NCBI RefSeq assembly: GCF_006345805.1
Contig: NC_043003.1
Coordinates: forward strand, 84,320,001 to 84,384,000
Direction of reading: 5' to 3'
Source: Octopus sinensis
Taxonomy: Eukaryota
Length of the DNA stretch: 64,000 nucleotides
The notes under the pieces are model-generated. The model was given only the letters and a program-made list of their open reading frames with translations, was not told the origin of the DNA and did no database searches. A program made the position numbers and the translations under genes. Positions 13,915 to 26,300 of the stretch are shown here, piece after piece (position 1 is the stretch's first letter; the number at the start of each line of letters is the position of its first letter).

Positions 13915-14030
13915 TAATTAGAGACAAAACCACTATTATGCAAATCAAACAAAGAAAGACTTAAGCCAATACATATTGGCTTAAGTCTTTCTTTGTTTGA
14001 TTTGCATAATAGTGGTTTTGTCTCTAATTA
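13915..14030. repeat. Perfect palindrome, 57-bp arms with a 2-nt loop
   Basis: 13915-13971 is the exact reverse complement of 13974-14030. Confidence 0.95.
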
Positions 14031-14120
14031 ATATAATATAATATTTTACTATAAAATTGGATTCAATCCTAAATCTGATTTTTCCCTGTAAATTTGGATT
14101 TATTCCCTAATATTTATTAT

Positions 14121-14173
<53 letters not shown>

Positions 14174-14337
14174 CACACATATATTGCATATACTCTTGTA
14201 ACTATAAAATAATTAAATCAACTGTCAAAGTTCCTACTAATTATTTTATAAGGGTCAGATTTAAAACCCTTATTTTTAATTTCCTAAATCATAGTTATAA
14301 TAATAATAATAGTAATAATAATAATAATATAATAATA

Positions 14338-14370
<33 letters not shown>

Positions 14371-14599
14371 ATAATAAAGGTAAAATATTCGTAGTAATTT
14401 CAGTAATAGAAGTAGTAGTAGTAGTTGTTGTTTAGCACCAAGTCATTCCACATAGTGGTGGTCATCTTGTCTAGGCTTCAACATGTATGTCTGCTATATC
14501 TTTCTTTGGGCTTTTAGAGGGCGGGTATTACATACATTCGCTGTGCTATTGCTATTTATGTCAATATATATAGAGATGTATAAGTAATACCACAGGTTT

Positions 14600-14641
<42 letters not shown>

Positions 14642-15919
14642 ATAATAATAATAATAATAATAAAATAATAATAATAATGATAATACTCTATAACTATTTC
14701 AAATTAGAAATTTTTTACACGTTGATTGTAAAATTGCATAAGTTACAATATATGTATGCAAGAAAAAGAAGGAATATTACATGTATAATTAAAATTACGA
14801 ATAAGTGTGAATGTGTGTGTGTGTGTGTGTGTAATTTTATTGTTTTGTTTTTGCTTTGTTGTTGATATATAATTTCTACTTGGTTGACAGCCTCATTTTC
14901 GGAGCAAGATGATATATAAATGACGAATGGAGCTAAAAATCATAACTTAAAAATGATAGATGTAACTTTTCTAATTTGATGAATGGGCAGACGAAGAACC
15001 TTCCGGCAAATGAATACATAAATAATTAAATTATGATTTCTTTTTTAAATAAAGAATAATCAAATAAATAAATTAAAAAAAAAACAGGTCCAGCAATGTT
15101 TCCAAAAATTTTAAGACAAATCATTTTTCATTAAGAAAATGGTGATTCTTACATTGGAATGCTAACAGTTTCAGGAACCTTCGAGCTGCCTCAAGAAATG
15201 ACTTATGTCTCGTTAAGTGGCTCCGGAGGTAAATATATACCTGGATAGAAACTTAAATATAATGTATTTTGCTAAGGAAGAGACGTAGGAGGATTAAAAG
15301 GCGTCAAACTAAATGTTGTTTCCAGGGATACAAAGACGCACCCCTAAAAGATTTATGATACATTGTCTTTATGATGATAATTTTGTCATGTTTCTTTTAC
15401 CATTTCGTAGCCTACATATATAAGTAAGGCATCAAGTTTTATAGGAAACAGATATTTTTTCATCATAATTTGTACAACTTGACTTATGTATCATGTGTAT
15501 GACGACGGAAGGCTGTTACCATATGACTGCTCTAGCATGGTTGTGTTATCATGTTTGTTATAAGCAATGCTAAATTAATCAAATTAAAGTTCTATGGAAA
15601 ATTAATTCCTTCCTTTAATTTTAAGACTAAGGCACGATCAGGATAAAACGCACTGGCACCTGTGACACTTTAGAAAAGCTTTCATAAATACATTCCTTGA
15701 TCTTGATTCTTCTTGGCAGCTATAAGCAGAAAAGATGTGATTAACCACTATAATTGTGACAGTTGTGAATAAAAAGGTGAAAAATGAAGTTAAGACATTT
15801 ATGAGTTTGTCATTATGAGCTCACAAATAAAATGGTTTAAGCCCTCCTAGGGAAAATGAGTGAAGAGAACGAATTGCAAGAATGCAGTTCAAGTAAAAAA
15901 GATTCAATAAAGTGTTTAG

Positions 15920-17200
15920 TTTGAGCTGGGAGGTGAGACGGATAACGAGGATAGATTCACATAAGTCAAAAAGGTAAGCAACTTGCTTTGCTCCAAATTC
16001 TCAATGGTAAGAAACAGACACATGATGTAGGAGAGTAAATTTCTGATAGATCTAACTATACAGGACCCGCACTCATGATCGCTGAGAAAGGATTTCAGTT
16101 GAAGATGATAAAGAAATAATTGTTTACGATTGTATTCATTATTTTTAAAGTGTTGGCAATGACCAAGAGAAGTTAAATGCACAGAGGGTAATGACTCAAG
16201 ACAGAGGTGGGGTAAGACGCATAGAGAAGTCGATGGACAATTCTTGATAGCTGGAGGAATTCGTAGGTCAATAAAGAGGGTAAGTTTAAAAAAAAAAAAG
16301 GAAGTGAGACCTTGAAAGAGATTTTTGTAACTGATATGCGGATGTCAAAAAAATGAGGGACGAGGAGAATGGATTCTATACAGGCGCAGATACCACCTTT
16401 AAGTAAGTTGCTAGTATGTAATGAAGATGGATTAAGATAGAGGGTGAAAGATATGAATATCAGAGAAAAATAGCAGGTGTAACTTTTATGTTAAGGAGTA
16501 ACAGATAGGATCAAAGTCTGACTAATGTTCATGGAAATTGGCATAGAGGGGAAAGAATTGACTAGTGGATTGATTTCCAAATTTGTAGATAGACTCTCAG
16601 TTGTAATTGACAGAGTTGGCTTACTAGGGAAGAGGGAGAAAACTACAGGATGATTGACCTACAAATTCATTTACGTAGGCAGACCAATTGGAGCTCAGTG
16701 GCGTTTCAGGGGCGGGAACTTTTGAAATTCTGTGTCCGTTGGAAAGATACACCTGTTGTGGAATGGAGAAATGCAGTGTACAAAGTGCATTATATAAGTA
16801 CAGCATTTTGAGACGTTACCCACGTGTTTACTCTTCTGTACATGTCTTCCTTTGATTTCTATTAGAACCAGTAATACTATGAAAGTGGAGTTTACGAGTG
16901 GAGCAATACCAGAATCTTTGCCATACCTTCAGTGGAGTATTTGCAGCAGAGAGAATATAACTCATCTAAAGATAACAGAGTACTAAGAGATATTGTTAAA
17001 CAGATACCCTACTAGTCATAAAAAGTTGTCATAGCGAGGCGCAGATCAATCCCCACTCTACTTTCGACAGGTAATTTTCAATTCAAAGCGAGCAAATTTC
17101 TAAAGGATTGCGTTAACAGAGTTTTTAAAATATTCATTTCTCCTGACATTATCCCATAATGCTGTTATCGATGACCCAGTGATTTCTTTTGTAATTTATG
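15920..17200 (-). mobile_element. Highly degenerate LINE RT remnant
   Basis: Scattered motifs IENYLS (W/IxxYLS) and SSNWSAYVNEFV (LxWSxHVNxIV) in the expected order; heavily decayed. Confidence 0.4.
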
Positions 17201-18694
17201 CGAGATTCTAGAGTTTCTACAGAATTGGACATAAAGGGGAAATGATTACCATAAGAAACGACTTGACTAAGGGGCAACAACACATTGGCTGTAACAATAC
17301 CATCAGCAACAACACTAACCGAAATGATATATCAAAAGTCAAAACATCATTGCTGTCATTAATACCGTCTCCGCAACTACCAAAACCACCACGATCATCA
17401 CTAGCACCATTAAAATACTGCCAAAACAAAAGTAACCACCCAAGGAAGAAAACAGCTACAAAAACATTGACATTTTTTGATGGCTTGATCTAAAGAAAAA
17501 GGTTGTTCTATGAGCCACCACAGTCACATCCTTCAAAACAAATGCGGTTGATGCTGTTCTTAAACAAGTAACTACAAGTTGACAGCTGCAGATAAAACAT
17601 GGACAAGAAGGGAGTTTCAGAAGGGTAATATCTGGGGATGAAGGACTGGACAAAAGGAATTCATGCAGACTTTGGTTAAGACAAAGTATGAGTGGCGAGG
17701 AAAGATAGAGGAGTGAGTGAATATGCAACAGTAACACTTGGAATAATAAATTCATGTAAATACGCAGGCAATTATAAACATCTACAACAGCAATTACAAC
17801 TGAAATGGTATCCACAAAATTAACAGTGATGTAGTCCTCAACATCATTATTTACAACGACACTATTACAACAGGTTTAAATATAAAGCGCGGCAAGAGGT
17901 ATAAAGCACAACCAGCGACAATAGCAAGAACGATTGCAACATAAGCCACAACACCTATAATAGAAATCTCAACAGTATTGGTAACAACAACAATAATCAT
18001 TACCAGAATAATACAAAGACTTATATATATTATAGCGGCAATATAAACCACAACAACAACAACAACGACGACAATTACAATACCAATAAAAACGCTAAGC
18101 AATAGAGCAACAATCCAAAAGACTAGTACCTACAATAGCAAAACAAAACAATAATATAAATTATACCAGCCATCAGCTTACACAATAAGCATTATCAACT
18201 GAAGAAGGTGTCTAAAGGTGATCACTCGAGATGCTAGAAATAACAACCGAATTTTCACCAAATCACAATGACTGTCTTCAAAAAGAATTTTAAAAAAAGA
18301 CATCGCATGCACATAGGAAAATATCGTTATGGTCATAGCAGGAATGCCTTTTGACCATGAGTTCGAACAATCATAACTGTACTGTGGTTAAACAATAACA
18401 ACAATAATAAAAACTATAACTATTGCAAAAACATTGCAAATGGTTAACAGCAGATAACTTCAAGCGAGGAACAGATAAGATTAAAGAAAATTTAACACCA
18501 ATATTTCTGGTCTAAAGAACTGATCAAACCCAATCTGTGGCAGGTATTGATTGTAAGCTGACTAAGAGAATCGTTAAACCATCGTTCAAAATTCTTATTT
18601 CAAATTGTTGTGACGCCTTGAACCCCGAGTTCAAATCTGGTCGAAATCAGTTTCACATTTCATTCTTCAGTATGTATATATACATATATATATA

Positions 18695-19393
18695 CAGTGT
18701 ACATTTAAACACATAAGGGGTATCCGTCATAGGATTCCTGGCACGCTAGAAGGAACAGTCAAAATCCAAACCACTATTGGGGATAAACATCGAAGGAAAT
18801 GAAAAATAAAAATATTTACCATCTATCTCCTGGAACAAGGTTTTTTTGACTATTTTTAGCAAATAAAATAATTTGCTAGGCGAAGTCTTCATCAGCAGGT
18901 ACGCCTAGATTAAACATATCAGTACGAGGCAATCTAGCATGTGCCCCGTGCTTATACACGCTATGCCACTGGTAGTAAGAATTTCTAAAATTTTTATTAC
19001 CCTGATATTATTAACTATTGATAATTTTTTCTGGAAAATTTTCGAAGTAACGCCGGCAATATTTTATTTGCTGCCGACAAAAACTGTGCTTGCGCGGTAA
19101 ATTTGAAAAATTATAACGTGGTGTCTTTCATAGTTATAACAGGGAACATGCTGGATTGCCTCGTACTTATATGTTCAATCTAGGCGTCCCTGCTGATTAA
19201 GACTTCACCTAGCAAATTATTTTTTTGCTAAAAAAAAAAGTCAGAAACCATGGTCGATGAGATAGATGGTAAATGTTTTTATTTTTCATTCCCTTCGAGG
19301 TTTATCTCTAATAGTGGTTTGGATTTTGGCTGTTCTTTCTAGCGTGCCAGGACTCCTATGACGGACACCTCTTATATGTTTAAATGTACACTG
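18695..19393. mobile_element. Fold-back MITE with ~252-bp imperfect terminal inverted repeats
   Basis: 18695-18946 is the imperfect reverse complement of 19142-19393. Ends are CAGTG...CACTG, with TA on the left flank (Tc1/mariner-like); the right flank is AA. Confidence 0.8.
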
Positions 19394-19839
19394 AATTTAT
19401 ATGAATAATATATAGTCTATTGACTAATTTTTCTACACGCTAGGCCACTGGTAGTAAGAATTTCTAAAATTTTTATTACTCTGATATCATTAATCATATG
19501 TATATATATATATATATTTATATATATGTATGGTGGGTGCATGTGTATGTGTTTATATTTCAATACACATACTCGCGCGCGCTCATACACACACGCGCGC
19601 ATTATGAATTTTGTCTATAATAGGCATAAGATATATTTCCTTCTCTGGAAATTCTAGCAAATCCTCAAGCCGAATTGACTCATCTTCTGTCTACGGAGAA
19701 ACAAAACATGAAGTGTAAACAACTGTTTACATTTCACAGGGAATCTATTTTCTATGTTGTTTATTATAAAAACATGTACCTGACATTTCAAACCCGCTTC
19801 CAATCATCACGTAGTACTAAGTATATATCTATATCTATA

Positions 19840-19895
<56 letters not shown>

Positions 19896-20444
19896 ATAAA
19901 ATTACATTCGTACATATAATGTGTGGGCGTATATGTATTCAAGTATGTGTACGAGAGGACTTGTTATCAAAGGAGGGAGGCTACAGTTGCTGGTCTCATT
20001 GTTATTGCCAAGGCAACGGAGCCAGAAAAGAAAGAAAGAGAGCAAGAGGAAAACTAGCTTGTGTATTATTTGCTGAAATGATACACATATCTAAACAGAT
20101 GTCTTTCATAGTTATAAAAAGTAGAAACTATGGAAACTGCTGTAGATATTGTAGATATCTTACACTACTACTTATCTATCCCTCTATCTCTCTTTTCATA
20201 ATGCCTCTCCATCGTATTCTCTCTTGCTCTTACTCTGTTGCACATGCACATAAGTATTTTCCAAGAGTTCGCTCATCCATTACCTAGCAGCACTTTTCTT
20301 GATAACTCATAGATCTCAGAATATGCAGTGGAAACGGTGCCAAAAACAAGGGTCACTCAACCCTGAAGTGTGATCCTCATCACCACGTCATGACCATAGT
20401 AGCGGGGATTGAAATAGTTATTTAAGACGCACAAAGGGAACACA

Positions 20445-20583
<139 letters not shown>

Positions 20584-21293
20584 CTCTGTGTAATTTGCCT
20601 GTGTATTAGCTAGAGTACCGTGACAATATGAGTAAATATAGTTAGAAGGTTATGCTTGATAAACAAAAATTACAACCCGTCGCTGCATTTTATATGCGCA
20701 GAGAGGTTAAATGTTTTTTTGCGTGCCAGTATTAATGTATATCAATGTGTGCGTGTGTGTGTGAGAGAGAGAGAAGATTGTTTATAAATACTTAAGACTT
20801 AATTATATAAAAAACACTTTTTTAAAAAGTAGATTAACGCAGACATGATGGAACACTTTAATTTTTATATGATTAATAATATTAATTTTTCATATAATTA
20901 ATAACATTAGTGTTTAATAACTTTAATTAGTATAATTATAACCTTAATTTTTGATAACTTTAATTTATATAATTAATAACCTTAAAATTATTTTTTCACA
21001 TATTTTCAATAATTTCTTTATCAAAAATTATTCTTTGTGATATATATTATATATACTAGTTTATGACACTGTTACACATCCCTCAAATTTTAAACTTTTG
21101 AAAATCATAGAAACGGGAAACCGGTTTAGTGTATTAGTATATTATTATTAATATAATTATATCTCCTTATACACTCTACGCATTTTTCAATAATTTATAC
21201 TTGCTATATACATAGAATCTTTAAAGTATCTCTAAAGTAAAGGACAAAATCCTTTACTTTAACTCTTCCAGCTATTTTGCATTCTGAGTTCGC

Positions 21294-21480
21294 TTGTGTT
21301 CCAAGCTGTATCAATCATTTGACAACATCTATGGTATAAAAAAGGGTAAACTTGCTGTATACATCAGTAGTATGAAGAAAGGAAATCTTGTTGGTTTTTC
21401 ATTGAAAGATTCGACCTGGAACTACGTCCAGGAGGACTTTTCAAGCGAAGATACATTCACAATAGTGATCGACGGAAGTC
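21294..21480 (+). pseudogene. MAM-domain-like coding fragment (possible exon or pseudo-exon)
   Basis: SFDNIYGIKKGKLAVYISSMKKGNLVGFSLKDSTWNYVQEDFSSEDTFTIVIDG resembles the MAM C-terminal half (F.Y.MYG...G.L.VY...W......S...F.IVFEG). An in-frame TGA lies at 21285-21287, and the frame runs into a (CT)n tract. Confidence 0.45.
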
Positions 21481-21481
21481 T

Positions 21482-21569
<88 letters not shown>

Positions 21570-21975
21570 GCTTGTGTGTGTGTATGCGTTTGAGTAGCTT
21601 AATCTGAGTGAGCTATGAGAAGGCGTTCGTTGGAAAAAAGAAAATAACGAAACAAAACTATCGTCCAAATTTGCGGCGAACTCAAATGTTGATGTTGGTT
21701 GGGAGCATTGACAAAAGTCAGTGTCTTCCACAGATCTTTTGATGTCTAGAGATCGCTATTGTAGCAAAAGCATGACACAGAATTTAGTTTTAAAATTGAT
21801 CACTTGACTTGTTGGATATAACAGTCACTACTAATATCTTTCATACCACCAGCTTAGCCTATCTATATAACGAAACGTTTGATAGGGATATCTCTATACA
21901 TTTTGAACATAGCAAATGGAACTTTCTTTTCTGTGTATTGATGAAGAATCGAAACCGAAGCGTCGAACATTCCAG

Positions 21976-22010
<35 letters not shown>

Positions 22011-22015
<5 letters not shown>

Positions 22016-22415
22016 TACTTGTTTCAGTCATTTGACTGCGGCCATGCTGGAGCACCGCCTTTAGTCGAGCAGATCAACCCCGGAACTTATTCTTTGTAAG
22101 CCCGGTACTTATTCTATCGGTCTCTTTTGCCGAACCGCTAAGTGACGGGGACATAAACACACTAGCATCGGTTGTAAAGCAATGCTAGGGGGACAAACAC
22201 AGACACACAAACATATACACACACATACATATGTATATATATACATATATACGACAGGCTTCTTTCAGTTTCCGTCTACCAAATCCACCCACAAGGCATT
22301 GGTCGGCCCGGGGCTATAGCAGAAGACACTTGCCCAAGATTCCACGCAATGGGACTGAACCCGGAACCATGTGGTTGGTAAGCAAGCTACTTACCACACA
22401 GCCACTCCTGCGCCT
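22011..22415 (-). mobile_element. tRNA-derived CORE-like SINE, family B (head AGGCGCAGGAGTGGCTGTGTGG)
   Basis: tRNA-like head, CORE-like GGCACCTTGGGCAAG segment, internal CA/TA tract, tail GACTGAAACAAGTAA. Confidence 0.9.
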
Positions 22416-23757
22416 GCATATATATATATATATATGCAATGTGTCGTCTAAAAATAAGACGGTGTCGAATACATTTGAAGAAGAGACGGAATAAAAATAC
22501 GGATTCTAAAACTCGTGTGGCGTTGTCTAACTCCAGGTAAATTTTCCATTGTGCAAGAATGTGAGCTAACACATTCCAGTCATAACTATCCTGTTTTCTC
22601 CATACATAGGCAATCTAGACCCACATATTCCAACATGCTTTTTGTTAAGAAGGTAAGGCAAAATTTGCAGGAGAATTAGTTGTCATTTCTAGCAGATCCA
22701 GCGATCAATTAAATGATTCCTCTTACTTGTACATACGGCGGCATTCGCTCGGGGTGGGTTAAGCCGATTCCGACTAACGAGTTCATCACGTCCCTCACGA
22801 ATGCTGACCACGTCATAACAGGCAAAGAAATGCTTTTGCATGCGGCCCAAAAATCAAACTCCCAAATTTCACAAATGCCCCTCAGAGAGAGCAAGCGTGT
22901 CGGATAGCGCCGATGCCACAGCCCTAGTCATCATTCGTTATTGAGGTGTAGAGTTCATGTTCGGACTTGCTTCCCTGTTTGCTCATCGCTAGAAGTGCTA
23001 CATTATTCCTAATTTCTGAAATTTTCCTGATATAAAATAAGTAGAATTAGAAAGTCCCACTGAAATACATTATGAAACGATTGCAATAATCGGTAAATCT
23101 AAGCTATTAGTCCTGGGGCCTTACCTACTTATCTACCGAATAACAACAGGAAGTAAAATACGTTCCTACTTCCGCAGCTTATCTAAAGATTTTATTAAAT
23201 TTTTTTGAGCCCAGTTATGTAGTACTTTAACAGTTATTGCATAGCCACACTAAACCCTTTATTGCTGATTACATTAAATATTCTATATTACATCCCACTC
23301 TCTCTCTTAACATGCAGCAGCCTGTACATCGTTGATTCACTTTATAGAAATAGCTACCAAGTATAATCCATATCTCTCCCTACTAACTTCACAAGTGAAG
23401 GTTCAATTTTATAATGTAGCCCTACGCAGAGCAACAACTCTCCGCTCTGAAAAGGTGGTAAGGTCAATTGGATCAGAGCTGGAATTGTTCTAAACATCGA
23501 CAATAACAACAACAGCATAATGTACCTCCCTATATTCTATGAAGTATCAGCATATTCCACGATACAGTAATTCACGGTACGTCATCACACGATGACATAT
23601 ACGTAGATACGACGTCATAGCACATGTCAACAGGCTAAATATATCCATATATTATCATAGCATTTCATATCGTACAAGTCACCTCAGCTCATCTCTGGTT
23701 AGGCTGTAATATCTCATCAAATACACACACACACATGCTCGTAAGCGCGCGCAAACA

Positions 23758-23801
<44 letters not shown>

Positions 23802-24104
23802 AAACATATAAACACCTGATTGAGGAGCTTGAGCATGGCCCTAGTCCAATGACTGGAATTAATTAGAAAAACAAATCACGCACTACATGCATAAATACAT
23901 ACATACATACATGCATACATACATGTATGTATATGTGTGTGTGTGCGTTTATATATATACACACACACGCACACATGTAAATAAGTATATAAATGTACAA
24001 GTGTGTGTATATGTATACGTATATATATATATATATATGTAGGTATGCATATACATGCATATATCTGTGTATACATACAGACTTCTATGAATATACATAA
24101 TATA

Positions 24105-24152
<48 letters not shown>

Positions 24153-24354
24153 ATTGAGGTAATCAGATCAGATGGTTCATATTTGTAGATATTTATTTAT
24201 ATATTACATTTTTTACATATATATCATATCATTCGGATTAGCGCTTGCTCCCATTCTAGTGGGTTTTCAAATCAAATCAGTTGTGGGTAGTTTGAACCTT
24301 TTTATAGTTTCGTAGTAGTGGGTGAGGAGGAAGTGAGACAGAGAGAAAATATGT

Positions 24355-24392
<38 letters not shown>

Positions 24393-24493
24393 GTGTGTGT
24401 GTGTGTGTGCGCATTTATATCTGAGAGTGAAGAAGTGTTATTTCCGTTGGTCTGCTGGACCCCCTGTGGTTTTATAAGACCCCCCTGTGGTTG

Positions 24494-24527
<34 letters not shown>

Positions 24528-24790
24528 AACGCACTTTAAGCATGCATAAATTCATACAAGAATGCATATATGCGTGAATGTGCTACGTTTACCAAGAAGC
24601 AATCATCATCACCACTATGAACTGGCATTTATCTGCCTTTAGCAAAATCTACTTTGTTAGAATCAATTAAACTACTTTTTCTGCACTTCCTTCTGTTTTA
24701 GAAACCATAGCAAAAAGCCGCGATTTCTGCCATGCTTCAAGTGACCATGCCATTAAAGTAAACAAACTTCTAATAATATTCTTGCTTCTT

Positions 24791-24837
<47 letters not shown>

Positions 24838-24988
24838 CCCTTCTACTTTCTCCGGTGGATGAAAGGCAAAGCCAGCCTCGGCGACATTTGAACTCGGAAG
24901 ATAGAGAGCCTGAATAAATGCCACCATGCGATTTGTCAGGTGTGCTATCGATTCTGCCAGCTACACCCCAAAAACAACAACAACAACA

Positions 24989-25026
<38 letters not shown>

Positions 25027-25101
25027 CCTTTGTATTATAGGTACACGGTCTGATATTTTGGGGAAGGAGGTTCGTCGATAACATCGACCCCAGTACTCGA
25101 T

Positions 25102-25142
<41 letters not shown>

Positions 25143-25253
25143 CGACCTCGAAAGGATGAAAAATAAAGTCAACCACGGCGGAATTTGAACTCAGATCGTA
25201 ATACCGCTGTATATTTTGCTCAGCGTGCTAACGATTCTGCCAGCTCCCCACCT
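24838..25253 (-). mobile_element. Two tandem family A SINE copies, one truncated and one with an internal (TA)n
   Basis: Family A head and body seen twice, separated by AAC/AAT repeats. Confidence 0.8.
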
Positions 25254-25724
25254 TAACAACAAGAACAACAATAATAAAACAGAAGAAAACATCGGAGAAA
25301 AATCATACAATCTGGGAACAGAAATATCACTTGTCACATTTAGTTTCGTGTCACGACTGCTGCTGCTGTATCACAACTACCACCGCCGTCACCCACATCA
25401 CCACTGTCACCGCCGCCGCAACCATCCCTAACAGAACCACCACAACCATCATCGCCAACATCGACACACTACTACCACCTCCACATGCACTATAACTCCA
25501 TAACAATAACAATGACATATACATCAGATGCACCTATCGCTGCAAAAGCAACAACTGTAGTGGCAGCGGCAGCGGCAGCAGCTGCAGCACAACCATTATC
25601 AACATTATTGTTGTTCGCCTCATCATAATTATTTCATCATCAATAGCCAATCATCATCATCGTTTGGAGAGAGCAACGTAAACATCATCAATAAAACACC
25701 AACTGTCAGCATCTGTTTAAATAT

Positions 25725-25789
<65 letters not shown>

Positions 25790-25845
25790 TATATACACAA
25801 ATATATATACAAATATATATATATATGGATGTGTACATATACATG

Positions 25846-25886
<41 letters not shown>

Positions 25887-25979
25887 TATATATGGATGTA
25901 TATGTATATGTATGTATATATATATATATGTAAGTATATATGTATGTATGCGCATATATGTATACATATATATATATTC

Positions 25980-26300
25980 TTTTTTATTATTTTTACTTGT
26001 TTCAATCATTAGACTGCGGCCATTTTGGAGCACTTTGGACTGCAGCCATGCTGGTGCATCGCCATTGAAGGTTTAATTGTAGTACTTAGGTTTTTTTTAA
26101 GACTGTCACTTTTCCTAACGGTCTCTTTGGCGCGACCCGCTAAGTTACGAGTATGTAAACAAATCAACACCGGTTGTCAGGTGGGCAAACTCGAACACAC
26201 ACACATACAGATATATAAGACACTTGCTCTAGATGCTGTGCTGTGGGACTGAACCCAAAACCATGGACTGGCAAACAGAGCGTTGCTTAACCACACACAC
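25980..26300 (-). mobile_element. Family B SINE, internally deleted
   Basis: Family B 3' end and head present; middle missing. Confidence 0.7.

Noticed and set aside
17230-18110. ORFs of 70-119 aa in (AAC/ACA)-rich sequence
   Set aside because: Low-complexity composition; no motif recognised.
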